Source: Candidatus Helarchaeota ASGARD archaeon Hel_GB_A
Lineage (GTDB): Archaea; Asgardarchaeota; Lokiarchaeia; Helarchaeales; HEL-GB-A
Assembly (NCBI GenBank): GCA_005191415.1
Contig: SUPS01000017.1
Span: 1-27,707, forward strand
Length of the DNA stretch: 27,707 nucleotides
Direction: 5' to 3'
Part shown: positions 20,439 to 27,707 of the stretch, piece by piece
Layout: every line of letters starts with the position of its first letter
How positions within the stretch are numbered: position 1 is the first letter of the stretch
Program-made: the position numbers and the translations under genes
Notes under the pieces: model-generated
Databases searched by the model: none
The model's input: the letters and a program-made list of their open reading frames with translations, nothing else
Told to the model about the DNA's origin: nothing

Positions 20439-22043
20439 TTAGATTAATTTCTCCAAATTTAATTTAAGTTGTTCAATTGAAGAGACAATTGTAAGTTCTA
20501 GGTCTTTTTCTTTAATAATTTCATCAATTGGATGTGAAATTAAATCTTGCTTTTGGGCGTTGGTATTATAGTAAAATTTTGGACGAAATATTAAAATCTT
20601 ACTATATTTGAGTTGATTTTTTTGAATATATTTTTGAAATACGCTTTTTGCGTGTAAATTTAATTGTAAATCGTAGGTATTTAGAAATTCATGTTGTGTT
20701 AAAGGATATATATCCTTAAGCTCCTCGGGAATAATTCCAAAAATGGGAGAATATAAGCAAAGATGAATTCGTTCTCTATTGGGAATTTGATCGATCCAAT
20801 TTCGAAATTGGGGAGAATTTTCAAAACGAATATCTAAATCGGGAAAAATAAGTAGAATTTCTGCCTTGGGAGGAGGAGAATAATTCTCTAAAAGCTTTTT
20901 TTCATATCTTTTTACTTCAGGACGTAATAATGATTCTGATCCACTATAAAAAAATCCTGATTTTTTTGAGATAGGATCATATTTTAAGAAAAAATCCGAA
21001 TACGTTGATAAAATATAATTAAAGGCATCTAATAGACTCGGATGAGCTCTTATTCTTTCTTGTACTAACTCCCACAGCCAATTCTCGCGTATTGCAACAC
21101 GTATTCGTTTAATTTCATTAATTGTGGCATAGAGGTTGTGTTTAGCAAGTAAATATTCTCGTTGTAATCTATCTACCTCTCTTAAGTCAGAAGGAGAAAA
21201 TTTTGAACATACAGGACAGACACAAGGAAATTCTTCAAGGTTGGCAAATTTCAGTGTTCCATTAACTGTTAAATAGCGATTATCTCGTGCAAATAAAGCA
21301 TAAGCAGAAGAATCAAAGAGATCAACTCCTACCGCAACGGCTAATGCAAAAAATATAGGGTGACCTATTGAAAAGCCGTGGAGAGGACGAGATGGAGGGA
21401 TGTGCTGTTTTGTAACAAGTAAAGTCTCTGTAACTTGTTTATAATTATAATTTTGGAGTGATGGAGCAAGAGTTCCAAGAGGGTGAATATCAAAATCAAG
21501 TACAGATAATTTTTTTGCACAATATTTTAGTAAATCTAGAAATTGCCCGCCTTGTATAGGGGCCGCCCATAATATTTTTTCTTTTTCGCGGAGTGCGATG
21601 CATTCTTCAGCTGCTTTAATTGTTCTTTCAACACCATCTCGGGCGATATTGTAATCATTGGTTTCTGTAAAAACATCTAAAATTGTAGCAATATCAGGTT
21701 CTAAAACTTCCTCGAATTGGATTATCGTACGATTCGTCACGTCTAATTCTTTTTTATAGATCCATGCTTGATAGGCTCCTGAATCTGTCATAATAGCTCG
21801 TTGAAACCCAATTAATTTATGAACACCTTGCTTCGCTCTTTCTCGTAACTCAGGGGTTCGATAAATAATGTAGGCATTAGTAATTAATATCTGAATTTTA
21901 AACTCCTGTTCTAATTCCTTAGCTGGAATCATTGGGATATTAGGGTTATATACGGGCATAAGAGTGGGGGTCAAGACGTCTCCATGCGGCGTTTTTAGGC
22001 GTCCAAGTCTTCCTGCTGCGTCTCTAGCTATAATTTCAAACAT
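20439..22043 (-). CDS. tgtA: Archaeosine tRNA-guanine(15) transglycosylase (ArcTGT)
   Basis: N-terminus MFEIIARDAAGRLGRLKTPHGDVLTPTLMPVYNPN, MTDSGAYQ and Zn site CVCPVC...H are canonical. The C1-type region RPEVKRYEKKLLENY is present. I did not recognise a PUA-like C-terminus. Confidence 0.9.
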   Translation of the reverse strand: MFEIIARDAAGRLGRLKTPHGDVLTPTLMPVYNPNIPMIPAKELEQEFKIQILITNAYIIYRTPELRERAKQGVHKLIGFQRAIMTDSGAYQAWIYKKELDVTNRTIIQFEEVLEPDIATILDVFTETNDYNIARDGVERTIKAAEECIALREKEKILWAAPIQGGQFLDLLKYCAKKLSVLDFDIHPLGTLAPSLQNYNYKQVTETLLVTKQHIPPSRPLHGFSIGHPIFFALAVAVGVDLFDSSAYALFARDNRYLTVNGTLKFANLEEFPCVCPVCSKFSPSDLREVDRLQREYLLAKHNLYATINEIKRIRVAIRENWLWELVQERIRAHPSLLDAFNYILSTYSDFFLKYDPISKKSGFFYSGSESLLRPEVKRYEKKLLENYSPPPKAEILLIFPDLDIRFENSPQFRNWIDQIPNRERIHLCLYSPIFGIIPEELKDIYPLTQHEFLNTYDLQLNLHAKSVFQKYIQKNQLKYSKILIFRPKFYYNTNAQKQDLISHPIDEIIKEKDLELTIVSSIEQLKLNLEKLI

Positions 22044-22082
22044 TTTCTAAGTTCCTAAATCAAAAAAAGGTATTAAAATTAG

Positions 22083-23291
22083 CTAATCAACAGATACCAA
22101 TTTTAAATATTCTGATAAAGTTTTCCTAATTTTTTCAGGCGGTGGTATCTCTTCTATAATTTCGCCATCTTTAATAAACTGAATCATTGCAGGAGACATT
22201 TGTTTTTCGCATTTAGGGCAAGATGGAGGGTTAGCATTCTGAAGAGTAATTAAATCGATAAGACATTTTGAACATCGCCACACTTTCTTTTTACCATTTA
22301 AGCGGTCTCGTTTAGCAGCATGTATCCACTTTGCATTTCGATAGACACTAATTAGATCTAGACCGAAATCAATGGTTGGAGCATTTGAAAGGTAAGATCC
22401 GACACCAAACCCATCGACCTCAGGTATTGTCAATTTTTTAATCCATTCCTCATCGATACCTCCAGAAACAAAAATTTTCACATCCTTATAGCCCCGAATA
22501 TCTAATTCCCACCGGCATTCTCTAATAATTTTTATGAAATTTCCTCTTCTACTTGATGGGGTATCTAATCGAACGCCAGTTAAATTCTCTACATTTTCGG
22601 CAGCCATAACTACTTCGTCTCGTTCATCGCGGTATGTATCGCATAGAGCAATGCGCGGAATTTCTGGAGGAAGAACTTCATCGAATGCTTTCCATGCTTT
22701 AATTTGATCACCAAAAATAATTATCGTTGCATGTGGCATAGTTCCAGAAGGGGGAATACCTAATAATTCTGCACTTAAGACGCCTGAAACACCATCTAAA
22801 CCAGCAATATAGCAAGAATAATCGATCATTGGAGAGATAGCGGGATGCATCCGTCGTAGTCCGAAAGAAAGAATCGATTTATTGGGGGCAAGTGTACGTA
22901 ATCTTGCGGCGGCGGTTGCAATTCCAGATGCTTGGCAAATTAATCCTAATAACGGTGTTTCAAAAACTGAAAAATCGGAATAAGTTCCTTCAATCATCAT
23001 AATGGGCATGCGATATCCATTGTAATCAGTTGGAAAAACAATACTACCTTCAGGAAATGAATATAGATCGATTGGATGTCCTTCTAGCAAATTTATTGCT
23101 TCTCTAACACCAGCTAAGACAGCCCACTGCCAATTATTGGGAAATCCTGATGTACTAACTTCAGCGTAGACGTGAACTTTATCTAAACCATGTTTTTTTA
23201 AGATTTTATTTGCCCGAATAAAATATATATCAGTAGTTTTTCCATTTCTAATTTCTTCTTCAGTCGCTACGTGAAACCGTCTTTCTTGCAT
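22083..23291 (-). CDS. Nicotinate phosphoribosyltransferase (archaeal type II PRTase with C-terminal zinc knuckle)
   Basis: GLRRMHPAISPMIDYSCYIAGLDGVSG, GTMPHA, RLDTPSSRRGNF and VSGGIDE closely match the remembered Thermoplasma NAPRTase. C-terminal CSKC...CPKC. Confidence 0.85.
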   Translation of the reverse strand: MQERRFHVATEEEIRNGKTTDIYFIRANKILKKHGLDKVHVYAEVSTSGFPNNWQWAVLAGVREAINLLEGHPIDLYSFPEGSIVFPTDYNGYRMPIMMIEGTYSDFSVFETPLLGLICQASGIATAAARLRTLAPNKSILSFGLRRMHPAISPMIDYSCYIAGLDGVSGVLSAELLGIPPSGTMPHATIIIFGDQIKAWKAFDEVLPPEIPRIALCDTYRDERDEVVMAAENVENLTGVRLDTPSSRRGNFIKIIRECRWELDIRGYKDVKIFVSGGIDEEWIKKLTIPEVDGFGVGSYLSNAPTIDFGLDLISVYRNAKWIHAAKRDRLNGKKKVWRCSKCLIDLITLQNANPPSCPKCEKQMSPAMIQFIKDGEIIEEIPPPEKIRKTLSEYLKLVSVD

Positions 23292-23375
23292 TTCATTACC
23301 TTCTATCTGAAGAAATTATTTTCAATTAGGAATATAATGGTTAAATCGTTTATTAAAGATCGTTATAGTTAATTA

Positions 23376-26300
23376 TCATTTATTGTCAATTCCTTTTCGT
23401 CGATAATGCGTATAGAGTACGTAAATAAAAAGAGTTGGGAAAACAATACTGGGTAATAAAATGGAAGGTAATATTAGTCCTGTTAAAGAATAAATAGTAA
23501 CGGATGCACCTGCAATAGAGCCAAATGACCCTATGACAGGGTACCATTTGCGAAAAATATCTGAAATTTTATCCCAAAGCCTGTTTTTAAAAGTGAGAGA
23601 TGGAGTTTCGTTAGTTAAAAGAGATGGAGGGCGTTCTAATTGAGCATCTTCTATCCGATCAACAGGAAAAATGTATTCATCGGTAGTTGGATCAAGTTTG
23701 CCTCCTAATTTTCCCGCAGCTATGAGGGATGCAAATCGTTGTCGTAGTTCATTTTTCTTAATTTTTAATTTACTGAAATCTTTTGAGATTATGCTAAGTT
23801 CTAATTTCGATGTTTCATAGGCAATTTGTTTAGTTTGTAAATATTTAACAAGGAGTTGATTTTCTAATTGTAAATAGGTCTCTTGAAAGGCTTTTTGGAG
23901 CTCTTGTTTTGAAAGATCCCATCGAATTACTAGGGGATTTGCTGCATCTTTAAAGGCCTTTAAAAATTTTGATTTAATATCAATAAAGCGATGTATCTGT
24001 TGTTCACAATCTTTTATCATTTTGTCAAATCTTTTATGAAAATTCTGTAATTGCGGGATAGGTGTAGTTAAATCACCTTTCTGAATTTTTAAATCAATAT
24101 CTTTCTCGTAATTATCAAGGAAATTATTTAAGATTACATTGCAATGATGTATTAACTCGTTCAACTCTTGTTTGTATTTCTCAATCAGGCCATCATTAAT
24201 TTTTTCTTTTAATCGAGAATTTAAATCCGATAAATCGGTTTTTAATTTTGTTTTTTCTTTAGACCATTGGGTAATTAGATCCGCGACAACAAGGTCAAAC
24301 CGCGGTAGATCATTTGAAATTTTATCTACATGAAGTTTTAATTCCTTATCGAATCTTTTTAATTCAGGTTCAATTTGCCTAATTAATTTTGATAATAATT
24401 TGTCAGCTTCTAGAAATTCCTTAGAATTAAGTTTTATTTCAATAGGATCGGCTATTTCATTAATTTTCGTTCTAATTTTTCGCACAAATTGCTCGATTTT
24501 CTCCTGAAATTTAAGTCGCTGAGAAATTTTCTGTGTAATTAATGTAAGATTCTGTTCTACATCAAATTTCTGTTGATACCATTTATCTAAAAGAATTTGC
24601 AGATCGATATGATTTGGTAATTGTTTTATTTGCTTATCAATAATTACTTCTGTATTATATTTTTGAGAAAGAATTTCGCGCGTTCTACCGATTATTTCTT
24701 CTGTAACTTTCGTATCAAGTTGTTTTTTACGGCAACTCGTCTCAAATAATCGCATTGTACGTTCATATTCTGCTTTTAGGTTATCCATTTCTTGTTTGAT
24801 CATTCGTTCAAATTTTAATAACTCTTTTAATTCATCTGTTAGAGGAATAACTTCCTCATGATCTTTATCAAATTGACCTTCTAATTTCCCCATAGAGATG
24901 AGATATACGATTCTATCTTCAATCTCTTTTTTCTTCAGATTTAGTTTAGAGGCCAAATAATCTAATTTTACGCGCCCTCCGTGAAAAATGGGTGCTACTG
25001 TAAAAATCATGTTTATTAACAATTTTTCTTTGATTCTATCGGTAATGAGAGATAATTCTCTTTTAAAGGATTCCTTGAAGAGGGTCCATTTATGTGTAGT
25101 AACCTGAGAAGTTTCAGGAAAATTTGGAAATTCTTGAGAGGTTTTTTTAACGAAATTTTGTATTTGTCTGTTGCAGAATTTCATCAATTCTTCAATATTT
25201 GAGATTTTTTGTTTCATTTCTTTTGTAATTTCACTTAATTTTCTAATTTCCATAAGATAAAGAAGATTTTTTTCCATAGATTCAGCTGCATTTTTTAATT
25301 CTAGCATGTTCTTCTCTATTATTTTATCTAATTGACTATTTTGATCTAATTCTTTTTTAGATAAGATCTTAACCTCAAGATCGCTCTTAACACTATTCAG
25401 CTCTTTTCGCATATTTTCCAGAGTAATTTTTGACCATTCCTCAAAGATATCCTCGACTGTTAATTGAAACCCTTCCAAGTAAGAATCTGTATCTTGAATA
25501 AAATTGAGAATATATTGATTTGATTCTGATAGAAATTTTAAGATCTCTTCTGTTTTTTCATTTAGCATTGTATTAGCAGTCATAAATTGAGTTGAATCTA
25601 TTTTGGAATCAATTAAATGAGATAATTCCCTTAATTTCAGATTAAATAATTCTTTTCTATTTTTTATATTCTCCTTCAATTCTTCCCTAGCATTTAGATG
25701 TGCTTTTAAATCATTTATTATTTTAATGGTATTTTTCCTTTTTTTCATCCACATAGATTCAAGCCATTTTTCAAGAGGTTGTAGTGCATCTAATTGTGAA
25801 GTTTCCTGAGATCGCCTGAGCTCTATACTGGCTTTTGAAAGATTCGTAGCTTGTGTCCGGAGTTGGGGAGTGATGCGTTCTACAGAAATCGCGATAGAAT
25901 CTAGTCTTTTTTTGATCTCGTCCTTTTTTTGTTCCAAAGTCTTTTCTTCACAGGCTATCTGAAATAGTTTCAAGGTGTTATTTAGTTCATCTGTAATATG
26001 ATTTAATTGATTTTGAACATACTCTTGAAATGCTTCTAAATCTTTCAGAATTTTAACGATTCGTTCTTTTTTACGTATTTTCTCTAAATATTCCTTCTCT
26101 ATCTCTAAAATAGATTCTTTCGTTTTGTGGTAAAGTTTAACCCAATCTTGCATCAAAAAGCGAGAATATTCGCCATCTAGATACTGAAACTTAGAGATAT
26201 TAATTTCTATATTTTGATTAGATGTATTTAAAATGTCAAGAGCAGTCGTAATATCTTTTTTTAAATGTTCTTTCGCCAGTTCAACTTCATTAATATCTAA

Positions 26301-27707
26301 TAAATTATCTATTTCATTTTTAATTTTTTCAGTTAAGGGTTTAATACGTTCAATAACTTCTTGAATTCGTTTTTTTTCTATTGGGACTTGCTCTTTTTCA
26401 AGAAGAACTTCATGATAAGGAATTTGATTTAATTTTACTATGATTTTTCCAGGTAGCGAACCATATAAAAACCCTGTAACTCGGAAAAAACGTTTATGCC
26501 ATTTTATTTCACCAATAATAAGCTTCTTTGTGATGAGTTCATTTGCTACTGCAATAACACGCTCTAATGCTTTTGAATAATCGGTTCCGCTATAATTTTT
26601 AGCCAATTCAGATAGATTCACGAAATTCTGGTCAGCAATATATTTTAAGATTGCAATAGCGATTCTTTTTGAAATTGCATCAAACTTTTGGACGTAGGCT
26701 TTAATAAAATCGATGCTATCGCGGATTTCAACATTAAACCAATTATATTTCATTAAATTTTTAATTAAATAAATTATAAGATCAGAACGAACAAAACAAT
26801 CTTCTGCTACCTTTTCGATTAAGACCTTATCATTTCTGTAGATTTGAATTAAAAGTTTATGTTCGATATAATCTATAAGTTCATTCCATAAAATTGAGAT
26901 TCCAAGAGTTGCCCAAGCTGTTTCCTTAATATTTAAATGATCGATGAGTTCACCCGTAGTTTCATCCTGAAATCTTTTATCTTCTTTTTGGTGAGCTCTA
27001 AAATATTCAAATAATTTTCCTTTATTGATATTTCTCAATCGTTTTAATGAATCTAAACAGTAAAGTATCCAAAACGAATATTCCAGAGAACCAAAGCTAC
27101 CATCTGTCTGCTGAAAATTGATTAGATATGTGATTGATGCTTCATCGATATCTTCAATATGATTTAACTGAAGAAGTGAAAGTAAGCGGAATACTTGTTG
27201 AACCCCTTTTTTAGAAGATTGTCGCGATAAATATTTCAATATCTTCTGTTCATCAATTGTCTTGATATCATACAAAAGTTTTAAACAAAAAATCGCAAAA
27301 AAAGTTGATTTTAAGGAAGATTTACTCCTACAAATTGGACAAAAATCCAAATTACAGTGAGAAAAGCCACCATCCTTTTTTTGAAAATTAAAAATATTAT
27401 GGAAAATTGTTTCAAATTCTTCTATAGACAGTACATTTTGTTTTTCGATTAAAAATAGAATATTAATAGCATAAAAGATGGAATGGAGATCTACTTCCGA
27501 TTCATGAGAACTTGGAGAAAATCCATTTATTCTCTTGCAAGTTAAAATAAATTTTAATAAACTATCTTTATCAATTGAATCTAACATATTTAAATGGGCT
27601 AGCGCATTTACAGCCCAATACGTTTCCTCTAAAGTTCCAAAACTTCCATCAATACGTTGGCGCTTTAATAGGTAGTCTCCAAGCTTCAAACGAGGGAGAA
27701 TTTTAAC
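23376..27707 (-). CDS. Giant tail-anchored coiled-coil protein with N-terminal prenyltransferase/terpene-cyclase-like alpha/alpha toroid repeats (5'-partial at window edge)
   Basis: Uninterrupted 1437-codon frame from TTG 27689. The frame stays open to 27707 (VKILPR upstream). Q-x-x-DG(S/G)F repeats include QRIDGSFG, FQKKDGGFS and FQQTDGSFG. A K/E/L/I/Q-rich heptad-like region of about 850 aa follows. Two C-terminal hydrophobic segments lie at 23403..23546. Confidence 0.85.
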   Translation of the reverse strand, partial: VKILPRLKLGDYLLKRQRIDGSFGTLEETYWAVNALAHLNMLDSIDKDSLLKFILTCKRINGFSPSSHESEVDLHSIFYAINILFLIEKQNVLSIEEFETIFHNIFNFQKKDGGFSHCNLDFCPICRSKSSLKSTFFAIFCLKLLYDIKTIDEQKILKYLSRQSSKKGVQQVFRLLSLLQLNHIEDIDEASITYLINFQQTDGSFGSLEYSFWILYCLDSLKRLRNINKGKLFEYFRAHQKEDKRFQDETTGELIDHLNIKETAWATLGISILWNELIDYIEHKLLIQIYRNDKVLIEKVAEDCFVRSDLIIYLIKNLMKYNWFNVEIRDSIDFIKAYVQKFDAISKRIAIAILKYIADQNFVNLSELAKNYSGTDYSKALERVIAVANELITKKLIIGEIKWHKRFFRVTGFLYGSLPGKIIVKLNQIPYHEVLLEKEQVPIEKKRIQEVIERIKPLTEKIKNEIDNLLDINEVELAKEHLKKDITTALDILNTSNQNIEINISKFQYLDGEYSRFLMQDWVKLYHKTKESILEIEKEYLEKIRKKERIVKILKDLEAFQEYVQNQLNHITDELNNTLKLFQIACEEKTLEQKKDEIKKRLDSIAISVERITPQLRTQATNLSKASIELRRSQETSQLDALQPLEKWLESMWMKKRKNTIKIINDLKAHLNAREELKENIKNRKELFNLKLRELSHLIDSKIDSTQFMTANTMLNEKTEEILKFLSESNQYILNFIQDTDSYLEGFQLTVEDIFEEWSKITLENMRKELNSVKSDLEVKILSKKELDQNSQLDKIIEKNMLELKNAAESMEKNLLYLMEIRKLSEITKEMKQKISNIEELMKFCNRQIQNFVKKTSQEFPNFPETSQVTTHKWTLFKESFKRELSLITDRIKEKLLINMIFTVAPIFHGGRVKLDYLASKLNLKKKEIEDRIVYLISMGKLEGQFDKDHEEVIPLTDELKELLKFERMIKQEMDNLKAEYERTMRLFETSCRKKQLDTKVTEEIIGRTREILSQKYNTEVIIDKQIKQLPNHIDLQILLDKWYQQKFDVEQNLTLITQKISQRLKFQEKIEQFVRKIRTKINEIADPIEIKLNSKEFLEADKLLSKLIRQIEPELKRFDKELKLHVDKISNDLPRFDLVVADLITQWSKEKTKLKTDLSDLNSRLKEKINDGLIEKYKQELNELIHHCNVILNNFLDNYEKDIDLKIQKGDLTTPIPQLQNFHKRFDKMIKDCEQQIHRFIDIKSKFLKAFKDAANPLVIRWDLSKQELQKAFQETYLQLENQLLVKYLQTKQIAYETSKLELSIISKDFSKLKIKKNELRQRFASLIAAGKLGGKLDPTTDEYIFPVDRIEDAQLERPPSLLTNETPSLTFKNRLWDKISDIFRKWYPVIGSFGSIAGASVTIYSLTGLILPSILLPSIVFPTLFIYVLYTHYRRKGIDNK

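Noticed and set aside
1-27707. Whole-window scan for CRISPR arrays, cas genes, rRNA, IS elements, integrases, toxin-antitoxin or other defence-island hallmarks
   Set aside because: None were seen. There are no regularly spaced direct repeats and no transposase or integrase-like ORFs. The only mobile element is the intein, and the window looks like core chromosome rather than an accessory island.

Overview
AT-rich, densely coding archaeal chromosomal window with 22 protein genes and 1 tRNA. I saw no rRNA, CRISPR array, transposase or integrase. From about 7.2 kb to the right edge nearly everything is on the minus strand. The core is an information-processing block. It holds an unsplit RNA polymerase largest-subunit gene (A' and A'' in one 1842-codon frame) interrupted by a 535-aa LAGLIDADG intein in the trigger loop, followed by eL30, NusA and uS12. 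This normally tight cluster is broken by a PfkB kinase, an opposite-strand beta-CASP nuclease and an orphan 267-aa protein. Upstream of rpoA, in place of rpoB/rpoH, lie a tRNA-Glu(CUC) with two bulge-helix-bulge introns whose 5' end overlaps the stop codon of a thermosome gene, an Rpb8-like Rpo8, an extended LSm protein, archaeosine TGT, NAPRTase and a giant (>=1437 aa, 5'-open) tail-anchored coiled-coil protein. That giant protein has a prenyltransferase-like alpha/alpha toroid and three PCI-like winged-helix inserts. The left 7 kb carries a membrane/secreted trio (glycoprotein, ECF-S-component-like protein, DUF4430-like protein), a wHTH protein, a Roadblock/LC7 gene convergent with a PHD/RING-like zinc-finger gene, the UPF0200/UPF0201 pair and an NPP-type phosphodiesterase. 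Unsplit RpoA, Rpo8, Roadblock and a cross-brace Zn finger at low GC together suggest an Asgard (Loki-like) archaeon; this is inference only. All functional calls come from reading motifs by eye; no database search was run.
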